From a virus (taxonomy: Duplodnaviria; Caudoviricetes): 29,334 nt of DNA. The stretch is taken from positions 1 through 29,334 of the IMG/VR virus record IMGVR_UViG_3300020044_000238. One strand, given 5' to 3'. A model generated the notes under the pieces. It saw only the letters and a program-made list of their open reading frames with translations, was not told the DNA's origin and made no database searches. The position numbers and the translations under genes were made by a program. Below, in pieces: positions 8,569 through 16,992 of this stretch (the stretch's first letter is position 1; every line of letters starts with the position of its first letter).

Positions 8569-10167
8569 ATGTCGGGCATCATGCACTTACTGCTCGGGCA
8601 AGTGGTTAGCAGCGGTTACACCATCATTGAGCAGTTCCTCGCCTCCGGCACTTGGACTGCGCCGACCGGCGTTACGTCCGTTGACTATTTGGTTGTTGGC
8701 GGTGGCGGCGGCGGCGGGTCTGGATATGGTGGAGGAGGCGCGGGAGGGTTTCGCACCGGCACAGCCCTTTCGGTTACCGCTGGCACAGACTATGCAATTA
8801 CCGTTGGTGCAGGCGGTGGTGGTGGCGCATCCGGCGGAAGTAATGCCGGGACATCTGGCAACAACTCTATATTCAGCACTATTACCTCTGCTGGCGGCGG
8901 TGGCGGCGGATATAATTCTGGGTTAGATGGTGGTTCTGGCGGTGGCGGCGGAACGGGATCGGGAAATTTGAATAACCCCGGCGGCGCGGGAAACACGCCA
9001 TCAGTAAGCCCATCTCAAGGCTCAAATGGTGGAACCGCATCTAATGCGACGCCAAATCAAGGCGGTGGCGGTGGTGGCGGCGCATCAGCAGTCGGTGGAA
9101 ACGGCTCTAGCACAACTGGCGGTAATGGTGGCGCGGGTACGGCATCTACAATTTCTGGTGCATCCGTAACGTATGCTGGCGGCGGCGGAGCCGGAACATA
9201 TAATGGCGGCACAACCGGAAGTGGTGGCGCAGGGGGAGGCGGTAACGCAACACCAAATCCCGGCACATCTGCTGGATCAAACGGTACAGCCAATACGGGC
9301 GGCGGCGGTGGTGCTGGCCGATATACAGGGTCAACTGCAAGCACAGCAAGCGGCGGCGGCACCGGCGGCTCCGGCATCGTCATCCTTTCCTACGCTATGC
9401 CGACCGGCACTCCGATCATCTTTAAGTCCACAGCAACGTGGACTGCACCGACCGGCGCAACGACGGTGGATTACCTTGTCGTTGGCGGTGGTGGCGGTGG
9501 TGCATCAAGTGTTGTGGGAGTTTCAAACGGTGGCGGCGGTGGTGCAGGAGGTTTTAGAACAGGCACCGCATTATCAGTTACCGCAGGAACGGCTTATGTT
9601 GTCACCGTTGGCGCTGGCGGCTCTATTGCAACAAGCGGCAACGATTCTATTTTTAGCACCATTACATCAACAGCGGGAGGCCGCGGAGCGTCAACATCAA
9701 CGCCTTCAAAAGATGGTGCTACGGGCGGTTCCGGTGGTGGTGGTTCAGCCGGTGGGCCTCCGAATAATGGAAATGGAGGCGCTGGGAATACGCCCTCGAC
9801 AACGCCTGCTCAAGGGAGTAGCGGTTCAAATGGCGAATCTGTAACTCCCTATCGTGGTGGTGGTGGTGGTGGAGCCTCACAAACTGGCGGCACTAATTCA
9901 ACTGGAGCCGGTGGAGATGGGACTGCCTCAACGATTTCTGGAAGCAGCGTAACGTATGCTGGCGGTGGCGGCGGCGGTACAAACTCTGCTTCTTCTCCTC
10001 CGGGCGGTTCCGGTGGCGGCGGTGCGGGTGGACGTTCTGGCTCAACATCTGGAGTAGCAGGCACGGCAAATACTGGCGGCGGAGGCGGTGGCGGTGGAGA
10101 TGGTGGAACCGTAACCGCTCCCGGTGGCGCAGGCGGTTCCGGCATCGTAATTTTGAAGGTGAACTGA
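8569..10167 (+). CDS. Glycine-rich fibre/adhesin protein with two tandem Gly-rich domains
   Basis: Two copies of TWTAPTG.T.VDYLVVGGGGGG...GGGAGGFRTGTALSVTAGT...TYAGGGG...GTANTGGGGG...GGSGIVIL. Confidence 0.85.
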   Translation: MSGIMHLLLGQVVSSGYTIIEQFLASGTWTAPTGVTSVDYLVVGGGGGGGSGYGGGGAGGFRTGTALSVTAGTDYAITVGAGGGGGASGGSNAGTSGNNSIFSTITSAGGGGGGYNSGLDGGSGGGGGTGSGNLNNPGGAGNTPSVSPSQGSNGGTASNATPNQGGGGGGGASAVGGNGSSTTGGNGGAGTASTISGASVTYAGGGGAGTYNGGTTGSGGAGGGGNATPNPGTSAGSNGTANTGGGGGAGRYTGSTASTASGGGTGGSGIVILSYAMPTGTPIIFKSTATWTAPTGATTVDYLVVGGGGGGASSVVGVSNGGGGGAGGFRTGTALSVTAGTAYVVTVGAGGSIATSGNDSIFSTITSTAGGRGASTSTPSKDGATGGSGGGGSAGGPPNNGNGGAGNTPSTTPAQGSSGSNGESVTPYRGGGGGGASQTGGTNSTGAGGDGTASTISGSSVTYAGGGGGGTNSASSPPGGSGGGGAGGRSGSTSGVAGTANTGGGGGGGGDGGTVTAPGGAGGSGIVILKVN

Positions 10168-10421
10168 TGAAGGCTTATCAACTCGTTGGTATCAACGTAG
10201 CAATGCACCTTTTGCGTCCCGGCGCAAAGTGGGAGATTACGGGCGGCGTAGGGTTTACTCGATGGGAAGACCCGCGACCGCAGCCGTCAATGGAAGAAGT
10301 CATGGAAACCATTGAGAAACTCAAAGCGTTTGAGGACTCTATCAACACGATCTTGTTGCCCGAGCAACAGGAAGCGATGGAAGCGCAAATGGAGCAAGTT
10401 GAACAGGCGATGAACTCGTGA
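10167..10421 (+). CDS. Small XkdW/YorD-like tail assembly protein
   Basis: LRPGAKWEI...RWEDPRPQPSMEEV motif; TGATG coupling to the Gly-rich gene. Confidence 0.6.
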   Translation: MKAYQLVGINVAMHLLRPGAKWEITGGVGFTRWEDPRPQPSMEEVMETIEKLKAFEDSINTILLPEQQEAMEAQMEQVEQAMNS

Positions 10422-11017
10422 ACCTACACGGCATATTCCCGACGCCGGTAGGCCGGTTTGAGCTTGGTCGTGAGTTTACGACCGAGGAAGCCGAGTTTTG
10501 CCTTGGGCAAGAACAACGCGGCAACGAAGGCAACATGACGAGCGTAAACAATTACGTTTTGCGTCACGACTCGTTGGCTGGCATCAAGTCATTTATTGAT
10601 GCGTGCGTGGATGAATACGTCAAAGCGACTTACGCGCCAAAATATGACGTATCCATGCGCGTTACGCAGTCATGGTTTAACTACACGAAACCGGGGCAAT
10701 GGCATCACAAGCACGCGCACCCGAATTCGTTTATTAGCGGCGTTCTTTACATGAAAGCCGTCAAAGACAAGATTTACTTTTATCGAGACGGCTACCAAAC
10801 CATCAAACTGCCGACCGATAACTGGAACTTGTACAACTCTGAATCGTGGTGGTTTGAGGCAGAGACGGGCGGCTTGGTGTTGTTTCCGTCAAGCCTCACC
10901 CACATGGTACAGACGGTGACGGGTGACGACACTCGTATTAGTTTGGCGTTTAACACTTTCCCGGTCGGCTACGTCGGTGACGAGCAAAGCCTTACTGGGT
11001 TGCATTTGAAGGAGTAA
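10418..11017 (+). CDS. 2OG-Fe(II) oxygenase, TIGR02466-like
   Basis: QSWFN...HHKHAHPNSFISGVLY...LVLFPSSLTHMV...RISLAFN motifs (HxH...H...RxS); GTG start. Confidence 0.9.
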   Translation: MNLHGIFPTPVGRFELGREFTTEEAEFCLGQEQRGNEGNMTSVNNYVLRHDSLAGIKSFIDACVDEYVKATYAPKYDVSMRVTQSWFNYTKPGQWHHKHAHPNSFISGVLYMKAVKDKIYFYRDGYQTIKLPTDNWNLYNSESWWFEAETGGLVLFPSSLTHMVQTVTGDDTRISLAFNTFPVGYVGDEQSLTGLHLKE

Positions 11018-11022
11018 GGAAC

Positions 11023-11391
11023 GTGGCTCATTTTGCAGAAATTGACGGCAACGGCGTTGTGCAGCGTGTCATTGTTGTAGGCAACAAAGACACCTCCGAC
11101 GCTAATGGCGTGGAAAAAGAATCTATTGGCCAGGCGTTCTGCGAGCGTCTGTTCGGTGGCAACTGGGTGCAGACTTCGTACAACGGCAACTTCCGCAAGC
11201 GATACGCCGGGATTGGCTACAAATACGATGCCGCGCTTGATGCGTTTGTTGCACCGCAGCCGTATCCGTCGTGGACGCTTGACGCTAACGCTGACTGGCA
11301 AGCGCCGGTTCCCATGCCGACTGACGGCAAGATGTATGCGTGGGACGAAGCCGCGCAGGCGTGGGTTGAAGCTCAAATGGGTGCCGCATGA
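11023..11391 (+). CDS. Conserved phage hypothetical protein (MAHFAE... type, fibre-associated)
   Basis: GTG start with SD; WVQTSYNGNFRKRYAGIGYKYD...PQPYPSWTL...WQAPVPMP motif recognised from phage fibre clusters. Confidence 0.8.
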   Translation: MAHFAEIDGNGVVQRVIVVGNKDTSDANGVEKESIGQAFCERLFGGNWVQTSYNGNFRKRYAGIGYKYDAALDAFVAPQPYPSWTLDANADWQAPVPMPTDGKMYAWDEAAQAWVEAQMGAA

Positions 11392-11699
11392 GCGCAATCT
11401 GGAAAGTAGACAGTATGTTGGTCAAGCCCATCGAGGACGGGCGTCCGGACGTTGTACACACAGTCAAATGGTCGTGCAGCGCGTCTGCCGGCGGCAAGAC
11501 TGCCATCATCTCGGGAAGCATGGGCTTTGAGGGCGCAGGCGATCCGTTTGTTCCCTACGCCAACCTCACGGAAGCGCAGGTTTTAGAATGGGTCTACGCC
11601 CGTGGCCTTAACAAGGAACAGACCGAGGCCGTGGTTGCTTACGACCTTGAGCAGATGATTAATCCGCCCGTGGTTGATAAACAACTACCGTGGGGATGA
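11388..11699 (+). CDS. Conserved phage hypothetical protein (fibre-associated)
   Basis: VVHTVKW...FVPYANLTEAQVLEWV...INPPV...LPW motif; ATGA coupling. Confidence 0.8.
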   Translation: MSAIWKVDSMLVKPIEDGRPDVVHTVKWSCSASAGGKTAIISGSMGFEGAGDPFVPYANLTEAQVLEWVYARGLNKEQTEAVVAYDLEQMINPPVVDKQLPWG

Positions 11700-11710
11700 T
11701 TGTCTCATAT

Positions 11711-11739
11711 TTGCAACACACAATAGAATTTAGTACGCT
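11711..11739 (+). promoter_or_regulatory. Putative sigma70-type promoter for the head operon
   Basis: TTGCAA (11711-16), 17-nt spacer, TACGCT (11734-39) in an AT-rich intergenic gap. Confidence 0.6.
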
Positions 11740-11748
11740 TTAACCGTA

Positions 11749-11781
11749 CTGGTGCGTTTCACCAGGGATTCGTAAGGAATC
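11749..11781 (+). promoter_or_regulatory. Two leader hairpins upstream of the scaffold gene; the second overlaps the SD
   Basis: CTGGTG-CGTTT-CACCAG (11749-65) and GATTC-GTAAG-GAATC (11767-81); SD AAGGA lies in the second loop/stem; ATG at 11785. Confidence 0.55.
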
Positions 11782-11784
11782 AAA

Positions 11785-12552
11785 ATGTCTGACGAAAATG
11801 AAGTCGTAGCGGCTACGTCCGCGCCGGAACCGGAAGCCACGGCGGCACCGGAAACCGAAGTTGTTGCTCAAGAACAACAGCCGGAAGAAAAGTCTGCCAA
11901 AACGTTCACCCAAGAGGAACTGGACGCGCTGGTAGGCAAAAGGCTTGCACGGGAACGTCGCAAGTGGGAACGAGAGACAGCGGTAAAAACCAAGGGTTTG
12001 CCCGAGGCGCCGGCTGACCTTCCGAGTAAGGACGAGAATCCCGACGCATACGCAGAGGCTTTGGCCGAGCGTAAGGCTGAGGAACTTCTTGCCCGTCGGG
12101 AGGCCGAGCGGGAACAGTTGGCTCTCGTAGAGGCTTATCACGACCGTGAGGAGCAGGCTCGGGAAAAGTACGACGACTTTGAACAAGTCGTTTACAACCG
12201 CAACCTGCCGATTACCGACGTGATGGCACAAACGATACAGGCGTCTGAAGTTGGCCCCGACGTAGCGTACTACTTGGGTTCCAATCCGAAAGAAGCTGAC
12301 CGTATCGCCCGTCTTAGCCCGTTTCTCCAAGCCAAGGAAATCGGTCGAATTGAGGCAAAGATTGCCGAAAATCCGCCGGTTAAACGATCAACTAGCGCGC
12401 CCCCGCCGATTAAACCTGTCACGGCCAAAAGCTCTGGCGCTCCGGTGCTCGATACGACTGACCCACGCTCCATGAAAATGAGCACGTCGGAATGGATCGA
12501 AGCCGAGCGCATGAGACAGATTAAGAAGTGGGAAGCGCAACGTAACCGCTAA
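11785..12552 (+). CDS. Capsid scaffolding protein
   Basis: Acidic N-terminus, KTFTQEELDALVGKRLARERRK, coiled coil, GPDVAYYLGSNP...IGRIEAK; directly upstream of the coat gene. Confidence 0.85.
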   Translation: MSDENEVVAATSAPEPEATAAPETEVVAQEQQPEEKSAKTFTQEELDALVGKRLARERRKWERETAVKTKGLPEAPADLPSKDENPDAYAEALAERKAEELLARREAEREQLALVEAYHDREEQAREKYDDFEQVVYNRNLPITDVMAQTIQASEVGPDVAYYLGSNPKEADRIARLSPFLQAKEIGRIEAKIAENPPVKRSTSAPPPIKPVTAKSSGAPVLDTTDPRSMKMSTSEWIEAERMRQIKKWEAQRNR

Positions 12553-12573
12553 TCATTTTTTAAGGAGACTTAA

Positions 12574-13776
12574 GTGTCTAACTCACTGCTTACTATTGAC
12601 ATGATTACGCGCAAGGCGCTCGAAATCTTCGAGAACCAGCTCGTACTCACCCGTAACGTGAACCGTCAGTACGACGACAGCTTTGCTGTCGAAGGTGCCA
12701 AGATTGGTTCGACCCTGCGTATCCGCTTGCCGGATCGCGCCCTCGTGACGGACGGTGCCGCTCTGCAAGTGCAGGACGACAACGAACAGTACACGACCCT
12801 CACGGTTGCTTCGCAGAAGCACATTGGCGTGAACTTCACCTCTGCTGAACTCACGATGCAGTTGGATGACTTCGCGGAGCGCGTGTTGAAGCCTCGCGTT
12901 AGCCAGTTGGCTTCCAGCGTCGATGCCGACGTTGCCAATGCTTACAAGAGCATCTATCAGTCGGTTGGTACGCCGGGAGACACCCCGTCGACCGCCCTCG
13001 TGCTCTTGCAGGGCCACCAGAAGCTCAACGAGTCCGCTGCCCCGATGTCGCCGCGTTACGCCACGGTTAACCCCGCTGCGAACGCCGGCCTTGTGGACGG
13101 CCTCAAGGGCTTGTTCAACCCGCAGCCGACCATTAGCCGTCAGTTCAAGAACGGCATGATGGGCGAAGGCGTGTTGGGCTACGACGAGATCAATATGTCC
13201 CAGTCGATCGTGAACCACACGAACGGCAACTGGGGTACGACGATCACCGTCGGCAGCACCGTCAGCACCGAAGGTTCCACGAGCCTTGCTATTGCCTTCA
13301 CCGGCTCGAGCAAGACCTGGAACGTGGGCGACGTGTTCACCGTTTCTGGCGTGTACGCGGTCAACCCGCAGACCCGTCAGTCGACCGGCAGCCTCCAGCA
13401 GTTCACTGTGACTGCGGCGGCCTCTGGTTCGTCGACCGCCACCCTCACGGTGTCGCCGGCGATGTACACCTCGGCCAATGCCCTTGCGACGATCAACGCG
13501 TTCCCGCAGTCGGGCGCGACGGTGACGATGCTCGGCAACGCTGGCGGTTCGTATGCGCAGAACCTTGTGTACTTCAAGGATGCGATTACGTTTGCCACGG
13601 CTGACCTTATCCTGCCGCAGGGCGTGGACATGGCTTCGCGCCAGGTTCACAACGGCATCTCGCTGCGTGTCGTGCGTCAGTACGACATTAACAACGACCG
13701 TATGCCGTGCCGTATCGACGTTCTGTATGGTTACAACACCATCCGTCCGTCGGGCGCTGTGCGTCTCTGGGGCTAA
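12574..13776 (+). CDS. Major capsid protein, P22 gp5 coat family
   Basis: MSNSLLTIDMITRKAL...KIGSTLRIRLP...CRIDVLYGY; GTG start with TAAGGAG SD; strong codon bias. Confidence 0.93.
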   Translation: MSNSLLTIDMITRKALEIFENQLVLTRNVNRQYDDSFAVEGAKIGSTLRIRLPDRALVTDGAALQVQDDNEQYTTLTVASQKHIGVNFTSAELTMQLDDFAERVLKPRVSQLASSVDADVANAYKSIYQSVGTPGDTPSTALVLLQGHQKLNESAAPMSPRYATVNPAANAGLVDGLKGLFNPQPTISRQFKNGMMGEGVLGYDEINMSQSIVNHTNGNWGTTITVGSTVSTEGSTSLAIAFTGSSKTWNVGDVFTVSGVYAVNPQTRQSTGSLQQFTVTAAASGSSTATLTVSPAMYTSANALATINAFPQSGATVTMLGNAGGSYAQNLVYFKDAITFATADLILPQGVDMASRQVHNGISLRVVRQYDINNDRMPCRIDVLYGYNTIRPSGAVRLWG

Positions 13777-13790
13777 AGGAGTAAACGACA

Positions 13791-14021
13791 ATGGCTTATC
13801 AAGTTGGTGATGGAAATTCCGGCGAAACGATGAATGTGGGCCGCGCTGGCGTCCCCGTTCAGATCGGTGGAACCGGTGGTACGGTCGGCTTGTTCGGTGC
13901 GACTCCGGTCGCAAAGGCGTCGGCCATCGCTGCGGTGACGAACACCGCGAGCGGTACGGAGCTTGCGACGGCGATCAATGCGCTGCGCGTTGCTCTGCAA
14001 AACGTAGGCATCACGGCCTAA
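13791..14021 (+). CDS. Small virion protein (capsid decoration/head fibre-like, 76 aa)
   Basis: SD AAGGAG; VGLFGATPV...AINALRVALQNVGI pattern; immediately after the coat gene. Confidence 0.7.
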   Translation: MAYQVGDGNSGETMNVGRAGVPVQIGGTGGTVGLFGATPVAKASAIAAVTNTASGTELATAINALRVALQNVGITA

Positions 14022-14027
14022 TGGAGC

Positions 14028-14055
14028 GGGGCGGGGAGAGCAATCTCCTCGCCCC
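14028..14055 (+). other. 12-bp GC-rich hairpin with GNRA (GCAA) loop, no U-tail
   Basis: GGGGCGGGGAGA-GCAA-TCTCCTCGCCCC (one G-U pair). Confidence 0.75.
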
Positions 14056-14064
14056 AACCCTCCC

Positions 14065-14259
14065 ATGCACATTTATCTGAAGCACCCTCGCTACGGGACG
14101 AAAGTAGCAGTGATGGAAATTGAAGCTGCGGCAGATGAAGAAAAGGGCTGGGAACGGTATGATCCCGATACGCCCTCGGACGACGAGCCTGCGGCTCCGG
14201 CTAATGCGCTGGAAGGAAAGAAGCGTCGGAAGTCCCGTCAAGTAGACGTGGAGGAGTAG
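14065..14259 (+). CDS. Small hypothetical protein (64 aa)
   Basis: IYLKHPRYGTKVA...GWERYDP; fills the gap between hairpin and adaptor gene; ends in TAG. Confidence 0.75.
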   Translation: MHIYLKHPRYGTKVAVMEIEAAADEEKGWERYDPDTPSDDEPAAPANALEGKKRRKSRQVDVEE

Positions 14260-14262
14260 GGC

Positions 14263-14979
14263 ATGGCGATTACGACCGCAGGGGATCAGATTAACGGCGC
14301 ATTGCGCCTTTTAGGCGTTTTGGCCGAGGGTGAAACCCCGACTGCGGCCATGTCGCAAGATGCGCTCACCGCGCTGAATCAGATGATCGACTCGTGGAAC
14401 ACCGAACGTCTGTCGGTATTCTCCACGCAAGACCAAGTGTTTGAATGGGCGCCGAACCTGCTTTCACGCACGCTCGGCCCCTCTGGCGACTTTGTGGGCA
14501 ACCGCCCCGTGTACTTCGACGACTCAACGTACTTCAAAGACCCGGCCTCGGGCATCAGTTACGGCATCAAGTTTATTAACCAGCAACAGTACGACGGCAT
14601 CGCCGTTAAGACTGTGACCAGCACATACCCGCAAGTGATTTGGGTCAACATGACCTATCCCAACGTGGAAATGTATGTGTATCCGAAGCCGACCAAGGTG
14701 CTTGAATGGCACTTCGTGTCGGTCGAGGAGTTGAGCAACCCTGCGTACCTTGCGACGAACTTGACGTTCCCGCCGGGGTATTTGCGTGCGTTCAAGTACA
14801 ACCTTGCGTGCGAGATTGCGCCCGAGTTTGGTGTCGAGCCGTCGCCGCAGGTTCAGCGCATTGCGATGACCAGCAAGCGCGACTTGAAGCGCGTTAACAA
14901 TCCCGACGACATCATGTCGCTGCCGTACAGCATCGTTGGGACTCGTCAAAAATACAACATTTTTGCCGGTAACTACTGA
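14263..14979 (+). CDS. Head-to-tail adaptor (P22 gp4-like)
   Basis: TAGDQINGALRLLGVLAEGETP...ALTALNQMIDSW and YNLACEIAPEFG motifs; lies before the gp10-like gene. Confidence 0.75.
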   Translation: MAITTAGDQINGALRLLGVLAEGETPTAAMSQDALTALNQMIDSWNTERLSVFSTQDQVFEWAPNLLSRTLGPSGDFVGNRPVYFDDSTYFKDPASGISYGIKFINQQQYDGIAVKTVTSTYPQVIWVNMTYPNVEMYVYPKPTKVLEWHFVSVEELSNPAYLATNLTFPPGYLRAFKYNLACEIAPEFGVEPSPQVQRIAMTSKRDLKRVNNPDDIMSLPYSIVGTRQKYNIFAGNY

Positions 14980-16511
14980 TGAAGTCACCGATTCTCGGTC
15001 AATCCTACGTTGCTCGGTCGATCAACGAAGCCGACAATCGGATGGTCAATATGTTTCCCGAAATCACGCCAGATGGCGGCAAGGAAGCCGCTTATCTGAT
15101 GCGTGCGCCGGGACTGCGGTTGCTTGCGACCGTAGGTAACGGCCCTGTTCGCGGTATGTGGACGTACAACGGCCAAGCGTATGTCGTCTCTGGTACGTCG
15201 CTGTACGAACTAAACAACGACTACACGTCCACGCTGATTGGCACGATTGAGGGTTCTGACCCTGTATCCATTGCGGACAACGGCACGCAGATGTTTATTG
15301 CGGCGTCTCCCTTGGGATACATCTACAACCAGTTAACCAACGAACTGCAACAAATTAGTGACATCGACTTCCCCGGCTCCAAGATGGTCGGGTTCCTTGA
15401 TGGCTATTTTGTTTTTAGTGAGCCTAATAGCCAGAAGTTCTGGATTACGAGCCTGTACGAAGGCACCGAGATCGACCCGCTGGACTTTGCTAGCGCGGAA
15501 GGCTCGCCCGACGGCATCGTGTCGCTCTTTTGCGACCACCGGGAACTGTGGCTATTTGGCACGCAATCGGTTGAGGTTTGGTACAACGCCGGTACGCCGG
15601 ACTTCCCGTTTCAGCGCATCCAAGGCGCGTACAACGAAATCGGGTGCGCGGCGGCGTTCTCTGTCGCCAAACTAGACAATACCCTGTTTTGGCTCGGTGC
15701 CGACGCTCGAGGTAAGGGCGTTATCTACCGCGCCAACGGGTACAACGCGCAGCGCGTATCGACGCACGCCGTCGAGTATTCGATCCAAGGGTACGGTGAT
15801 ATTTCTGACGCAGTGGCCTTTACCTATCAGCAGGACGGCCATGCGTTTTACGTCATCAACTTTCCCACCCTTAACCGGACGTGGGTGTATGACGTAGCAA
15901 CGGGAGCCTGGCACGAGCGAGCCGGCTTTTCCGATGGGTCGTTCATCCGCTACCGGCCAAACTGCCAGATGGCGTGGAACGACTCAATCGTGGTTGGCGA
16001 CTTCCAGAACGGCAAAGTCTATGCACTAGACCTTGACGTGTACTCGGACGCCGGCTTGCCGCAGAAGTGGCTTCGTTCGTGGCGCGCCCTGCCGACCGGC
16101 CAAAACAACCTTAAGCGTACTGCCCACCATTCGCTACAGTTGGACTGCGAAACGGGCGTCGGCCTAGACGGGTACGATTACCTCGATCAGCAGGAAATCC
16201 TATGCCAAAACGGGCCGGCATTGCTCTGCGAGAACGGATCGCCTCTGATCCTTCAGCAGCAGACGCTTGTGTATACAACTGGCGTAAACCCGCAGGTCAT
16301 GCTCCGCTGGTCGGACGATGGCGGGCATACTTGGTCAAACGAACACTGGCGTTCGATGGGGCGTATCGGGGAGTACGGCTATCGCACCATCTGGCGGCGT
16401 CTTGGCATGACGCTAAAGCTGCGCGACCGCGTGTATGAAGTGTCCGGTAGCGACCCCGTAAAACTTGCCATTATGGGCGCAGAGTTGGAGTTGTCCGGCA
16501 CCAATGCCTAA
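14979..16511 (+). CDS. Tail hub / DNA stabilization protein (P22 gp10-like)
   Basis: FLDGYFVF, DPLDFASAEGSPD, LFGTQSVEVW, TWVYD, MLRWSDDGGHTWS, WRRLG motifs; 510 aa beta-propeller-like composition. Confidence 0.9.
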   Translation: MKSPILGQSYVARSINEADNRMVNMFPEITPDGGKEAAYLMRAPGLRLLATVGNGPVRGMWTYNGQAYVVSGTSLYELNNDYTSTLIGTIEGSDPVSIADNGTQMFIAASPLGYIYNQLTNELQQISDIDFPGSKMVGFLDGYFVFSEPNSQKFWITSLYEGTEIDPLDFASAEGSPDGIVSLFCDHRELWLFGTQSVEVWYNAGTPDFPFQRIQGAYNEIGCAAAFSVAKLDNTLFWLGADARGKGVIYRANGYNAQRVSTHAVEYSIQGYGDISDAVAFTYQQDGHAFYVINFPTLNRTWVYDVATGAWHERAGFSDGSFIRYRPNCQMAWNDSIVVGDFQNGKVYALDLDVYSDAGLPQKWLRSWRALPTGQNNLKRTAHHSLQLDCETGVGLDGYDYLDQQEILCQNGPALLCENGSPLILQQQTLVYTTGVNPQVMLRWSDDGGHTWSNEHWRSMGRIGEYGYRTIWRRLGMTLKLRDRVYEVSGSDPVKLAIMGAELELSGTNA

Positions 16512-16989
16512 CATTACCAACATCCCTGCCCCTCGAGTTTCGTTCATCGACGAGCGAACCGGGCTTATTTCGCGTGAGTGGTATCGGTTCCTGCTGAACC
16601 TGTTTACCCGCATTGAAACGGGCGCTACGGATGTTGATTTGTTCGCCACTGCGCCGCAGGCGTCTGACCAATCCGGCAACTTTGCTGCAACCGCGCAGGA
16701 AGCCGAATTAGCGGCCTATCAACCGTTCGTGCCAGCACAGCCCACGCGGGCGGCAGTCGCCCCTAATACGCTTACAGTTGGCGCGTCCCCCTATACCTAC
16801 ATCAACGACACGGGAGCGCCCGTGGATGTGATGATTAGCGGGGGCGGCATATCAAAATTACAATTTACCCGCAATGGGTCTTCGTTTTATAGTACAGGCA
16901 GTTTTTACGGGATGTTCACCCTGTCGCCGTGGGATGCGGTCAAGGTGACGTATGTGGCTGCCCCGACGATGGTAGTCGTACCGAGGTAA
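16504..16989 (+). CDS. Tail-associated protein (161 aa; position of P22 gp26)
   Basis: MPNITNIPAPRVSFIDERTGLISREWYRF; ATG 16504 overlaps the upstream stop. Confidence 0.7.
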   Translation: MPNITNIPAPRVSFIDERTGLISREWYRFLLNLFTRIETGATDVDLFATAPQASDQSGNFAATAQEAELAAYQPFVPAQPTRAAVAPNTLTVGASPYTYINDTGAPVDVMISGGGISKLQFTRNGSSFYSTGSFYGMFTLSPWDAVKVTYVAAPTMVVVPR

Positions 16990-16992
16990 ATA

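Noticed and set aside
8569-10167. Diversity-generating retroelement TR/VR pair in the duplicated Gly-rich domains
   Set aside because: The copies differ at all base types and by indels, both are coding, and no reverse transcriptase is present.
152-10208. Many 60-330 aa alternative-frame and antisense ORFs in the track (e.g. 745-1518, 6460-7446, 9057-9383)
   Set aside because: By-products of GC-rich repetitive coding sequence; unlike the MTase nested ORF they show no recognisable motif.
11701-11718. TGT-N12-ACA operator-like site over the -35 box
   Set aside because: Only 3-bp arms and a single occurrence noticed; could easily be chance.
12583-13914. 443-aa antisense ORF opposite the coat gene
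   Set aside because: Shadow ORF expected from the strong codon bias of the coat gene; His/Arg/Val-rich with no motifs.
14028-14055. Rho-independent terminator after the capsid genes
   Set aside because: Strong stem but no downstream U-tract; kept only as a structural element.
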